A DNA stretch of 63,576 nt, the filler included, from Reclinomonas americana ATCC 50394 (lineage: Eukaryota), in the NCBI GenBank assembly GCA_048213135.1. It is 11 parts of 4 records of this genome, joined end to end, with 100 filler letters (N's around TTAATTAATTAA, not from the genome) between each part and the next. Parts side by side here need not be neighbours in the genome. Positions count along the whole stretch, not along the records: positions 1 to 5,347 come from PS015344.1; positions 5,448 to 7,888 come from PS015345.1; positions 7,989 to 18,197 come from PS015345.1; 8 more parts are not named here. The stretch is one strand, 5' to 3'. Made by a program: the position numbers and the translations under genes. The notes under the pieces were generated by a model. The model saw only the letters and a list, made by a program, of their open reading frames with translations. It was not told the origin of the DNA and did no database searches. Positions 1 through 12,700 of this stretch are shown piece by piece; within the stretch, counting starts at the first letter, position 1; each line of letters opens with the position of its first letter.

Positions 1-240
1 AAAAGGGGGCAAAAGGCGTAGTGGACAGAGCGAGCAATAACGGTTCGGGGTTGTTTTGTCCATTGTTCCGGCGACGGAGGAAACGGCACGGCGAGAGGAA
101 AGAAACTGCCTGACGGGTTATGGGGAAGGAGTGACACGAAAGGGGAGTGGAGGGGAAGAGGGTGGGGAAGGAGATATGATGATTTCGAACAAATCGATTA
201 CGGACAAGTGCGTCGCGCGCGCTTTGCTTGCAATTGCAAC

Positions 241-688
241 TGCTTTGCTCTCTGGAAGCAAACTGTTGTTTTGTTGTGTGTGACCAGTGATTGTATCATT
301 ATCACAAGGAACCTGCTGCCTCAAGACTGGAGTCTGTGTTGTTGCTTTGTGGAAGCGAACTGTTGTTTTGTTGTGTCCAGTGAAAATATCTCACAAGAAA
401 CCTACTGCTGCCTCAAGACTGGTGTCTGTGTTGATGTTTTGGATACGGTTGAATTGGTCATCAAGACAGCTGTTGCTTGTCTGTTGGTGAATGAATTTGT
501 TGTTGATACGGTTGCAATCGACAAGGGATTCGTCGAACTGCGGTGAACAAATTGTGACCTTCCCACACTGCAGTTAGTCAACGTTGACTATCCTGCGAGC
601 AACAATTCATCCACCGCAACAGCTGTGTCGATGGCTTTGCTAAACCGTATCCAAAACATCAACACAAACGCCAGTCTTGAGGCAGCAG
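241..688. repeat. Composite repeat: two ~95-bp direct copies (about 241-437) plus an imperfect ~285-bp palindrome (405-688)
   Basis: 405-450 is the reverse complement of 643-688 at 44/46 nt. The inner arms (about 455-545 vs 560-640) also match patchily. Confidence 0.8.
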
Positions 689-791
689 CAGACGAGGCAG
701 CTGAAAACAAACTAGACAGTGACACCTTTCGTGTGCATAACCTTTCACCTCACCCGGAGCCTTACATTTACGCGCGCACCCTCTCTCCGTG

Positions 792-2626
792 TCACCATGT
801 TGGTGACGAGTGCAAGAACAGCGACTTCTCCTCGTTCTCCAACCACGTCTTGATGCGCTTGCACGACTCCATCGCCTCGGGTCGGTCCACAAACGGCGAA
901 AAGGTGGCAAACATGGTGAAATCGCGCCGCCGCCAAATCACAATCGTTTCGCTCTCCGTCACGCGGCACATGAAGCGGTGCTCCGCGGCCTCCAGACTAA
1001 AGTACAGGTCGGCGTACTGGCGAAGCAGTCTACATACATGCACCGTTGGAGAATGGAGAAGAGAGAAGAGGGAGAGCAAGTTTGTAAACAAGTACCTCTT
1101 GGCCTCCGACGGGTCGCTGAATGGCGGGTCGAAGCGAGGTGCCGTGAACTGCAGCGTGTCCTCGTTCTTGTACACAAAGTGTCGCAGCTCGCGGATGCCC
1201 AGGTCGCCTGCAGAAGGGGGAAGGGAGGAAAGGAGGAGAGGGGGGTGAGTGGAGAGAGAGAGCAGAGAAGAGATGAAAAGCGAGTGAAAGGGATATGAGG
1301 GAACAGAGACCACAGGAAGTGAGTAATGTCGCTGGAAAGGAGAGAGAAGAGGTGGATGGGAGAGAGAGAGGAGATACGAGAAAATAACGAGCGAGAAGAG
1401 AGGAATGGAGATGAGAAAAGAAGTGGAAACAAAGGAGAGGAGAGGTGAATGAGAGGCAAGAGTGGAGAGAGGAGAGAGCGAGAGAGCGAGAGAGAAAGGC
1501 AATAATAGGCGATGAAGAGACAGAGAACTCAAGGACAACCGAACGCTGACACAAATAAGAGAGGGCGGGAGACAAATGGCATCGCCCACTCACTTCCTAC
1601 ACTCTGCTGGCACACTTGCAACTACAACTTATCTAGCTGGTGCACTCCACGAGCTTATCGACGTCCTCTCTGACATAATAATAGAAACCTCACTGATCCA
1701 TACACAACAATAAGCATCTACCAGTGATCGCCAACAAGTCTCGTGTGCTTTCCTTCTACAACTAAAACTGTTTTAAGTGTGTTGTCGATGTTGAGAATAA
1801 AGCCCTATTTCTCACTCGTGCTATTGTGTTGGCATAGTCTTGCCCCTTAAATCGATGCAGTATGTTCACTCGGTGCTCTCAAGCGTATATTTGCTGCTCA
1901 CAAATCGACCTCTCACGACGCACGCTGGCTGATACATCTTTACGACTACAGTTGAGCACGCAAATCCTCTGTTCTCACGCCGTGCATGTACTCGCTCCTC
2001 TCAACCCAACACACTGAACGCCGTCACTCCATCTCCCTTTCCCTCCCCTTCCCTCCCCCCTGCACCACCACGCAACGAGCACTGTAGTCATCCTCATCCT
2101 TCGACTGCACAATCGCCTCAAAGAGTCCCGTGTCGTACAGACCGCTGACAATCTGCTCACGCGCCGCGCTTATGTGCTCGAAATACTCGGGATCGCCCGA
2201 CTTGGAGATCAGCATGAGGCACACTTCGGGGGCGATGAACTCGACAAATGCCCACAAGAAGCCGGTGGAGAAGACGTGCGGTACGCAGATGGGTGTCCAT
2301 GTGACGGCGTGCTGCATCGACTGACTGCTGTTGATGAAATTCATTATCAACAGGAAGTCTGTGAGGGGAAGGGCGGCGGAGGGGGAGTGAGTACATTGGA
2401 CAAGGAGAGAGAGAGAGGGAGAGTGAGCGTAAGAGAAAGAAGAGAAAGAGAAAGAGAGAGTGTATGTATATGAGAGAGAGAGAGAAAGAGAGAGAGAGAA
2501 TCAGACAGTTGCGTGCAACCGCGAGTGAGACAGAGGTCGATTCATGTGCACGTCAGAGACAGAATGAAAACATGGGCGCATGGCGTAGATATGAGGGTGA
2601 GTGAGACAGCGTGCGCGAGTGGGCGT

Positions 2627-2674
<48 letters not shown>

Positions 2675-4804
2675 NNNNNNNNNNNNNNNNNNNNNNNNNN
2701 NNNNNNNNNNNNNNNNNNNNNNNNNNNNNNNNNNNNNNNNNNNNNNNNNNNNNNNNNNNNNNNNNNNNNNNNNNNNNNNNNNNNNNNNNNNNNNNNNNNN
2801 NNNNNNNNNNNNNNNNNNNNNNNNNNNNNNNNNNNNNNNNNNNNNNNNNNNNNNNNNNNNNNNNNNNNNNNNNNNNNNNNNNNNNNNNNNNNNNNNNNNN
2901 NNNNNNNNNNNNNNNNNNNNNNNNNNNNNNNNNNNNNNNNNNNNNNNNNNNNNNNNNNNNNNNNNCCAATTGTTGCTGCGTGGTGGCAGTGAGTGAGACA
3001 GCGTGCGTGTGCATTCGTCAGAGAGAGAGAGAGCAGTGTTCGCGTTTTTTGCAACTGCATGGTTAAGGAATGAGTTAAACTGGTGGCAGTAAGTGAGAGC
3101 TTGCGTGTGTGTGAAGGTGAGAAAGAGCGACAAAGAGAGAGAGAGCGCGCGTATGTGCACTTCGTGAACGTGGGTTACGTGCCTGACAGTATGACTATGT
3201 CTCTCTCAACGCTCTTCCCCATCCGCCGCACCTTGCGAATGCAGTGACACCGACTTGCTGCGCACGAGTTGCACCAGTCGATCCTTGACAATCAGCAAGC
3301 CAAACCTAACATCATCACCACCACCACCACCACCACCACTTGTCAGCACCTACCAACTCACTCACCCATTGCCCCCATCACGCCACGCAACAGCATGTGA
3401 CTACCGCCAGCCTTCCGATGGATCAAGTCGCCAATACTCTGCCGCACCTGCCGGCTCATGCGCTGGCACTTGATTGCGTCGAGGAAGAAGGCGGGTGAGT
3501 GGTTCATGCGGTGCATGAGGTTGAGGAGTTGTGGCTCGGTGCCACCCAGCAACTCGCGCAAATCATAATTGGATCGCTTCTCAAACACCTTCTCCACCGA
3601 CGCCGTGAGGATCGACATGATGCAGGCGTGGAGCACGTCGAGCTGCCGTCGTAGTGAGTCTTCGCACTCGCCCGTGCACGCCACCGTCACCAAGTGCAAC
3701 GGTCCACGGTTCATGAACACAATCAGATGGTCGCCGGCCACAATGGTCCTGCGAGGAGGGAATGTGAGCGGCGAGGAAAGCAGCAAAAGAAGACAGGCGC
3801 GGAGGACGGAACTTGAGTGCGTCGTGCTGTTGCTCGACAAAGCTGCAGAGGGCTTGCAGGACGGCCATGAAGCTCGACATGGCGGATTCGTTGCCATACC
3901 TATTAGGGAGAGAGAGAGAGAGAGAGAGTGAGTGAGTGAGTGAGTGAGGACAGGAACGAGGGGGAGGAACGACGGGAGAGGAAGGGAAGAGAGGAGAGAG
4001 GAGAGAGGAGAGAGGAGAGAGGAGAGGAGNNNNNNNNNNNNNNNNNNNNNNNNNNNNNNNNNNNNNNNNNNNNNNNNNNNNNNNNNNNNNNNNNNNNNNN
4101 NNNNNNNNNNNNNNNNNNNNNNNNNNNNNNNNNNNNNNNNNNNNNNNNNNNNNNNNNNNNNNNNNNNNNNNNNNNNNNNNNNNNNNNNNNNNNNNNNNNN
4201 NNNNNNNNNNNNNNNNNNNNNNNNNNNNNNNNNNNNNNNNNNNNNNNNNNNNNNNNNNNNNNNNNNNNNNNNNNNNNNNNNNNNNNNNNNNNNNNNNNNN
4301 NNNNNNNNNNNNNNNNNNNNNNNNNNNNNNNNNNNNNNNNNNNNNNNNNNNNNNNNNNNNNNNNNNNNNNNNNNNNNNNNNNNNNNNNNNNNNNNNNNNN
4401 NNNNNNNNNNNNNNNNNNNNNNNNNNNNNNNNNNNNNNNNNNNNNNNNNNNNNNNNNNNNNNNNNNNNNNNNNNNNNNNNNNNNNNNNNNNNNNNNNNNN
4501 NNNNNNNNNNNNNNNNNNNNNNNNNNNNNNNNNNNNNNNNNNNNNNNNNNNNNNNNNNNNNNNNNNNNNNNNNNNNNNNNNNNNNNNNNNNNNNNNNNNN
4601 NNNNNNNNNNNNNNNNNNNNNNNNNNNNNNNNNNNNGTCGTCACTGCCATCGCCACCGCGCTCCAAACGAACTTTATGAATGTGAGAGAGGAGCGCGACA
4701 ACAAAGCAAAAGCACGAGTGTGTGTGTGAGCGCAACTGTTGCGTTGCATCTCCTCCCACGCCTCGTCGTCGGCCTCACGACGAACAAAGCGTTCCGTGTC
4801 GTGA
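792..4804 (-). CDS. MON1: Vacuolar fusion protein Mon1/SAND, multi-exon, N-terminal part interrupted by a gap
   Basis: GT-AG exons join in phase: RYGNESAMSSFMAVLQAL, IVFMNRGPLHLVTVA...NYDLRELLGGT, LVRSKSVSLHSQDFLLIMN, WTPICVP...GFLWAFV, LRHFVYK...ATFSPF...WLENEEKSLF. Stop at 792. Confidence 0.9.
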
Positions 4805-5263
4805 CTGCAAAAAGGGAGAGCGGAGATCGAGGGAGGGAGTGAGGGAAAGGCGATGGAAAGGGGAGAGAGAGAGCGTGAAGGGGAAGCATCGTTCGCCAGT
4901 TAAACACAACGCCGTGTCGCTCTCTCACGCACATGTACGCACACTCATCACACACTCACACACTCGCAAACAAGACAACAGCTCAATGCACTCGAATTCC
5001 TCCGAAACATGCTTCTCTTCACACACTCATCACACACACCGAGAGAGAGAGAGAGAGAGAGCAGACAACAACAGAATGCACTCATTCCTCCTCACATGCT
5101 TTCCTTGCCGTTTTCGCACACACACACTCATTCTCTCTCACACACACTCACACGCACACACACACACTCACACGCACACACACTTCCCACTCTCTTCTCA
5201 CACAGAACAACAACTCAATGCACTCATTTCTCCTCCGAAACATGTTTCCCTTGCTGTCTCTCG

Positions 5264-5344
<81 letters not shown>

Positions 5345-5447
5345 CAANNNNNNNNNNNNNNNNNNNNNNNNNNNNNNNNNNNNNNNNNNNNTTAATTAAT
5401 TAANNNNNNNNNNNNNNNNNNNNNNNNNNNNNNNNNNNNNNNNNNNN

Positions 5448-5837
5448 CCCTGAAAAAGAGACGCCAGAAGTGAGTGCAGAGAAGTTAAGCAGGCTCCTAA
5501 AATCTCTGAAACGTGAGTTGACTCCAGGCATTGATCAGATTCCGTACGAGCTCTATCAGACCCTAGCTTCGGAAAAGATAGATGAGGGTGCGAAGTTCTT
5601 GAAAGTCCTGTCACACATCACACAGCTCGTCCTTCTTCACCGTCGTGCCCCGTACTCCATGCGTACCAGGAAAGTCATCCACCTCTGGAAGAAGAAAGGA
5701 GACCCAGACACCCACGCCACTGACCTTGACTACTTCCGACCGATCTCTCTGCAGTGCACTCTCTACAAGATCACGAGTCTGTACATCTCTCGCTACATCC
5801 TGCAGCCTATCGGAGAGGCCCTCAACCTGCACTGTGA
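5448..5837 (+). mobile_element. Non-LTR retrotransposon-type reverse transcriptase fragment (N-terminal RT motifs)
   Basis: LKRELTPGIDQIPYE ... IHLWKKKGD ... YFRPISLQCTLYKI match the PGxDxI, PxKxD and YRPISL..YK motifs of LINE/R2 RTs. Open at both contig ends. Confidence 0.85.
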
Positions 5838-6471
5838 NNNNNNNNNNNNNNNNNNNNNNNNNNNNNNNNNNNNNNNNNNNNNNNNNNNNNNNNNNNNNNN
5901 NNNNNNNNNNNNNNNNNNNNNNNNNNNNNNNNNNNNNNNNNNNNNNNNNNNNNNNNNNNNNNNNNNNNNNNNNNNNNNNNNNNNNNNNNNNNNNNNNNNN
6001 NNNNNNNNNNNNNNNNNNNNNNNNNNNNNNNNNNNNNNNNNNNNNNNNNNNNNNNNNNNNNNNNNNNNNNNNNNNNNNNNNNNNNNNNNNNNNNNNNNNN
6101 NNNNNNNNNNNNNNNNNNNNNNNNNNNNNNNNNNNNNNNNNNNNNNNNNNNNNNNNNNNNNNNNNNNNNNNNNNNNNNNNNNNNNNNNNNNNNNNNNNNN
6201 NNNNNNNNNNNNNNNNNNNNNNNNNNNNNNNNNNNNNNNNNNNNNNNNNNNNNNNNNNNNNNNNNNNNNNNNNNNNNNNNNNNNNNNNNNNNNNNNNNNN
6301 NNNNNNNNNNNNNNNNNNNNNNNNNNNNNNNNNNNNNNNNNNNNNNNNNNNNNNNNNNNNNNNNNNNNNNNNNNNNNNNNNNNNNNNNNNNNNNNNNNNN
6401 NNNNNNNNNNNNNNNNNNNNNNNNNNNNNNNNNNNNNNNNNNNNNNNNNNNNNNNNNNNNNNNNNNNNNNN

Positions 6472-7888
6472 CCTGCAAAAACTCCGACACATTTTCCCAC
6501 TGGATGTCTGCAAGGTACTCTGGCCAGTCTGTCGGTGGTTTCTCAAGGGGTGTGCATGCCATTCTCTTGTAGAACTTTTCTGTTGCACCCACACTTCCTC
6601 TGTAGTAGACTTGGCTCTCGCGTTTCTCTTTCTGTGCCTCGTGAGTGTGGACGATTCTGGCAAAAGTCTTCTGCTTGTTGGCTAGATAGAGTCTCTGTTG
6701 TGCCAACTTTTTCTTCTTTTCCTCTTCCTTCTTGTTGTTCTTCTTTTTCTTGTGGAGGTCTCTGCGTGCAATCTCAATGGCAGTGGCAAAACGGGCAATC
6801 ACGCTGTGGATGTCGACTTCAAACACGGGGCGCGCGCCATTACCAGTCGGCAGAGGGTTTCTGACGTTGGCTGGGAGAATGTCCTTTCTGCGGATGTACT
6901 CGCGGTTGAGTTGCTGGTTGTACTGACCTACCGACACGTAACCTTGCGGGCACTGGTTGTACATCTTGCTGACATTGCGTTTCTGTGAGTGAGGGTGGTG
7001 CTCGAGGACAAAGGCATACAGCTCACTGACGCGGTCGAGTGTGATTCTCTCCTGGGGCTGGCCAGGGCCTTCTCCATGCTTGTTGTTGCGAACTGCGTAG
7101 AACTCTGGGCGCTCCTCGATGTCTGCCTTGTTCCTCTCAGCCAGCTCCATCGAGACAGAGCCGTACAGGTAGTCCATGAAGTTGATCGCGAGCCTGTCAA
7201 ACCTGACAAACTGCGCGTTCCACTCTTCCTCAGGCGTCGCTGGATCTTGCCTCATCGCGGATACCACGTCTACCATTTCCTCCAGACTGGGAAGGTATTT
7301 AGCAGCCGAATCCGCAGACAGTTTTTTCAAGAACTCCGGGCCGACTTTCTTCTCGGCGTAGCTCCATTTCATGGGGATGCGGTGTGTCATGGTCATCTGC
7401 ACGGTGTCCTCCATGTCTTCGAGGTACTCTTGCATGAACTCGAACTCTTGGTGGTCGTCTTGGCCTTCTTGCATTTCGTGGGGGACATGAGCGTGTGCCG
7501 GTTCGTCTTCGAATTCTTCGAGCTCGTCTTCGTCTTCACCTTGGAAATCGTGTTGGCTTCGTGCATCAAACTGGTCATCGTCTTCCATGTGCCATGGTGG
7601 GTGCTCTTGCTGCAACTGATGTGCGTGCATGATTGGTTGCTGTGCGAAGTCTTCAAGCTCCATCTCGAGTGGTGGGAGAACTACATCTGGTGGCAAGCCA
7701 GGCGGCGGTGAATCAGCGAGGCTTGCTCTCTCACCATCACTGTCGTGATCTGACTCTTCTGCGTGGTGGCCTCTGTCAACATTAACAGCGATCAGGTCGT
7801 CATTGTCGGAGTCATCATCTCCACTCCCCGGCGCAATGCCATGATGTTGGTGAGCGAGAGGTGCAAGTACAGCGTGTGGCTGCGCGAG
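6472..7888 (-). mobile_element. Intronless ORF segment: acidic region, then a basic pre-RT region; probable upstream part of the RT protein
   Basis: Open for about 472 codons across the whole contig. KKKKLAQQRLYLANKQKTFARI resembles the Q-x-LY-xx-N block that precedes RT in R2-like elements. Confidence 0.6.
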
Positions 7889-7988
7889 NNNNNNNNNNNN
7901 NNNNNNNNNNNNNNNNNNNNNNNNNNNNNNNNTTAATTAATTAANNNNNNNNNNNNNNNNNNNNNNNNNNNNNNNNNNNNNNNNNNNN

Positions 7989-9487
7989 CTCAGCGGTGGG
8001 GCGTGTGTCCACAGCTTGGCCAACGTCACCCTCACGGACTGCCGCTGCCGCCCTCAGTTGTTGCTGATGATGACGACGACGTGTTGGTGACGCATTTTGC
8101 GCCGCCACCGCAGTGTGAGCCTTGGAGAGAGCCGATGCACCTGAGTTACGATTCAACGCCACGAGTCTCTGTTGGTTGCGGTGCTGTCTGTCACTGGAGT
8201 GGCGACTCTCCTCACTCTCGTCTCCTGTGCTGTCATCGCTCCTCGGATCATCCGACTCACTGCCCTCAGGTCTCTCACGCTTCTTGGACCTCTTGGGCAG
8301 TCTCACACTTGCACTGCGTTTCTCGCTGACACTACCAGTGGCAGGGTGCGAGGACGAGGCGGCTCTGACTGCAATGTTGCCACGATCACTGTTTCTGTCG
8401 ACTCTGTTGGCTCTCGTGGAAGGAGTGCTCTCACGTGCACTGGAGGGGAGTACTGTCTCACGGGAAGAGGGGGTGAGGAGTGTGCGAGTGGTGTGTGTTT
8501 CAACTCTAGTGCCGTTACTGCCGTTTCTCTGTGTGTGATCAATTCCCGCGCTCATTTGCTCTCTCGTAACACTTCCATGAGTGGTCGTGAAAGCACTCTG
8601 TTGAGGGGGACGGCGAGGCGAGGTGGCAGGCGGTTGAGTTGTTGTGGGGGCAATGGCACCTTGTTGCTGTTGGAGCTCGCGCTCGAGTCTCGCGATTCTG
8701 GCATCACGGGGCTCCTCAATGCCACGGAAGAGTGGGCTCTGTTGCCTGTTGCGGGTGGTCACTGGCGGCGGCGGACGGGGAGGTGGAGCAGGAGGTGGAG
8801 GCGGGCGTGACGCAGGGGGGGTTGATGCGGAACGCACAGGTGGTGTTGACGTTGGTGGTGGTGCCATCGTCGGGGTCGCCGGTGAGTCTGGCAAAGGCGT
8901 GACGAGCCATGCAGTGGAGAGTTTACGTCCACCGCCTGACATGTTGTCGACGCCGCTGAGCCAGGTGCTTGGTAGACTGTCGAGAGTTGACAGTGGGTTT
9001 TCTTTGCTCTCAACAAAGCACGAAATTGCGGTGAGATTGGCAAACGGCGTGGCCGCATCTTCACCTTCGTCCTCCGGCGCCTCGCGCGGCTTAGCCATCT
9101 GCATGACCTCGTCGGCAGTCAGCTGCTCTTCGGAGCCTGGCCACAGATATCGCTCCAGTCGCTTCAACGAACCCATCAGGCGCTGCACATACTCGAAATC
9201 GTCAAAGAAGCGCCTGCTGAAGGTTTCCGGTCGCATGAGCCACGAAGAGCTCGAGACAATGTCCTCCGCTCGTCTCGGGAGACAGGTGTCGCGCAGCACC
9301 TGCCTGATGGCCGCTAACATGCCACGGAAGTCGCCAGCGTGAAAGAGTGCGGCCTGTGCAGGTTTGTGAGAGAGCAGCGCTCTGTGCGTGCGCAGTGACC
9401 CAGCTCACTCACCACAGGTGAAAGTGGTGCATCGTCAGTGTGTGCTGCAGACGAGGGCCCAGGATCTGGCTCGGAGCGCTCACCCAT
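7989..9487 (-). CDS. N-terminal part of a long ORF (exon 9487-9413, intron 9412-9354, exon 9353-7989); probably continuous with 7888-6472
   Basis: ATG at 9487, phase-0 GTGAGT...CAG intron, 455 open codons ending on a codon boundary at the linker. The next contig starts in phase 0. Confidence 0.6.
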
Positions 9488-9722
9488 TCTTGGAAACCGC
9501 GTTATGTAAATTCTCGTCCTGCACACATCCCGAACTTCACAAGCGCAGGTTGCACTGGGAATGTCGCTGCCATGTGCAGGAGCACCGTCTCCTCTCTCCA
9601 CAATGTTTGCAGTCTGCAGCGAGGAGAAGGAGACAAAGCAGAACACTTTATTCTCCACACTCCGAACAAACAACCAATACAACAGCGAAAATACACTCTC
9701 TCTCATTCTCTCTCTCTCATTC

Positions 9723-12700
9723 ATGCAACGGCGCCGCGCACACCCCCGCCAACAGCAACCCGACCAACAGCAACACCAGCGACGACGACGAGCACCGCGC
9801 GGAGACGACTCAACTTCATCCCCACAACAACAACAGCAACAACAACAACGTCGACAAGCGCCACAGCTCTTTGGCCGCGACAACCCCTTCGGCGCCGCCT
9901 CCTCCTCCGGTAGCGTCGGCATGGGCGGCACGTCCTCGTCCTCCGCCTCCTCGCACGATCAGGAGAGCGAGAAGGAAGGTGAGGAGGCGCGAAATGCATT
10001 GCAAATCACGAATGATCACTCTCACCTTCTCACTCTGCTCACTCACTTTTCACTCTTCTCACTCTCTCATGCTCTCACTCACTCACTATCACACTCCTTC
10101 CCTCACTCACTGCACACATTCACTCTCTTTCTCCCTCACATTTCTCACTGCAATCACTCACTTCTCACTCTTCACTCTCTCACTCACTCACTCTCACGCT
10201 CAACCACTCACTCACTATCTTCTCTCACTGCCCTCACTCACTTCTCACTCTTTTCACTCACATTCTGTCATTCACTCTCTTTCTCACTCTCTTTCTCTCC
10301 TTCCCTTCTCCTCACTCTCTCTCAGATGCTCCTCGCCCGATGCTCTCTGCCGAGTTCGAGGCACTGGTCTCGGCACTGGCACAGCTGCAGCACGTGGGAG
10401 CGGAAATGCACATGGTGAGTGTGTCTGTGCGGAAATACACTGATTGGTGTCGCCTGCAAGGTTTTCCCCGTTCTCATTGCTCCCCTTGGTGTCCTTCTAC
10501 TCACCCTCCTCCTGCTTTCCTCACTGTCTGTCGTTTCCATTGCTTCCTCCTCTCCTTGTCTTCTTAGTGACATTCGCTGCAATGCACAAACGCTCGTTTC
10601 ACCCCTGTTTGTCGTCTGTTGCCATCCACCTTGTGTTGTTTCCTGATGCCTCTCTCTCTCTCTCACTGTTCCCGTTGTGGCCCTGCCTTCCACTCTTCCA
10701 TGTTCTCCTCCCGGTTTGTCGTCTGTTGCCATCCACCTTGTGTTGTTTTCATTGCCTTCCATTTTCCTGTCTCCATTGCCTCCCCCTTGTTGCCATTCCA
10801 CTCGCCGTGCTTCATTCGCTGCCCACATCCCTATACCGTTTCCCACTGCCTTCCACTCTTCCATGTTCTCCGCGCTGTTTGTCGCCTGTTGCCATCCTCT
10901 GTGTGCTGTGTTCCGCTGCGTCTCCGTTCTCTTTGCAGCTTCCCATTCGCTTCACATCCCCTCTTTCCCCTGTAGCTCTCTCTCTCTCTCTCTCTCGCTT
11001 CTCTCTCTCTCTCTCTCTCGCTTTCTCTCTCTCTCTCTCTCTCACTTTCTCTCTTGTTCCTTCATTGAGGTCCAGTCGCCTGTCCTTCCTCACTCGCTGC
11101 CCGCCCTCCCCTCCTTCTCCTCCCCCTCCCTCCCCTCCCCTCCCTCCCTTCCCCTCCCCTCCCCCTTTACCCCGCAGACCGAATCCGTCATCTCCGACGA
11201 CGCCCTCCGCCTGCTCACCCTCATGATGCGCATTTTCCGCTTCTTTGAGGAGATTGTTGGCGATGTTGCGTGCTGCACATCCCCCCCTGACATTGCATTC
11301 GCTTCTCATATCTTGCCGCCTCCAGGACGTCAACTACTCGCTGGCGGTGCACGCACTCGGGCAAGTCGGCCCCACCGTCTCCGACATTGAGAAACTGAAG
11401 GCCGACTACGACGCGTCTGTGGAATCGATCGATCTGGTGCTTAATGGCGAAGAAGAAGGAGTGGATGGGCATGACGACGTCGACGACGATGCAGTGAGCT
11501 CTCCGAGTCCCGCAATCGAGCTGGAGCAACTGGTCGCCACGCGTGATGTCACCGCCAAGAAACTGGCGGCCTTGATCCACGGTCTAATGATGTCGCTGCC
11601 AGAGTTGGTGCGCGTGCACACCGACCGCGAGCATGAAGTGCGCACGCTGTGGGAGTCTTCGGGGTTGCGTCACCACCCGCCCGTCCGTCTCTGTCTGCGG
11701 TTGCTGACTGCCGCCCTTGCAGACTTCTTACCGTGATTGGTGGCGACCTGACCGCGGCTGCTGAATTGGTGGCCGCCACCAAGGGACGCCAGATCAGTGT
11801 TCCGCCGTCGCCTGGTGCGCTCCTGAACCGCTCTGTATTCATCCACACTTTCCAACCTCACCCTTCTGCTTCATTCACCACAGACGTGGACAGCGATTCG
11901 ATCCCTTCAGAGGAGGAAGGTCTGTGTCCGTCATGGTGACTCTCTCTGCCCACAACTCGGACTCTCACCTCCTCCTCCTCCTCCTTCAAAGACATGGACG
12001 GTCTCGTGCAGCGCATGGGTTCGTGGTTGGAGGTCGCCAATGCACCAAGGCTCAGCCCGCTGCTCGACAGTACGCGTTCCTCGCTTGGTGAAGATATCCG
12101 TGTTCTGTTGGGTTTTTCCGTGCATTTCTCTTGCTGATTTTCTGCCCTGTGCTGCAGATGAGTGTCTTGCCACGCCGCTCCTGGAGGCGCTGCAGAATTG
12201 CGTCAGCGTGGTGGAAAAAGGAGTTTCGTGATTGTCTGACAAAAGGGAAGAGGGTTTGTGTTTGCTCACCCGTGGAGCGCTTGCAGAACAAGCCAGGCGC
12301 CAGCGCCGATGCATTCCGGAAGCGAGTACGAATGGTGGCCGAGTCCATGGATGTGGTTCGTGTGTGCGAGGGACGATGGTGCAAGGGAGTGTGTTCAGTG
12401 TTCTCTCTCTTTCCGCCCCACTTCGTCTCCCCCCTCTGCGTCTCGCTACACTGCGTCTCCCTTCACTGCGTCTCCTCCACTTCATCTCTCCCACTGTGTC
12501 TCCGCCCTCTTTGCCTTCGCACTCGTCTCTGTACTTTGTCTCTCCCCACTTCCGTCTCTCTCTCTCTCTCTCTCTTGTCTCCCCCCACTGCGTCTCCCCC
12601 CACTCCGTCTCCCCCCACTTGCGTCTCCCCCCACTTGCGTCTCCCCCCACTTGCGTCTCCCCCCACTTGCGTCTCCCCCCACTGCGTCTCCCCCCACTGC

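Noticed and set aside
3380..3395. Possible GC donor in MON1
   Set aside because: A GT donor (CT|GTTGCGT) 3 nt away gives the same phase.
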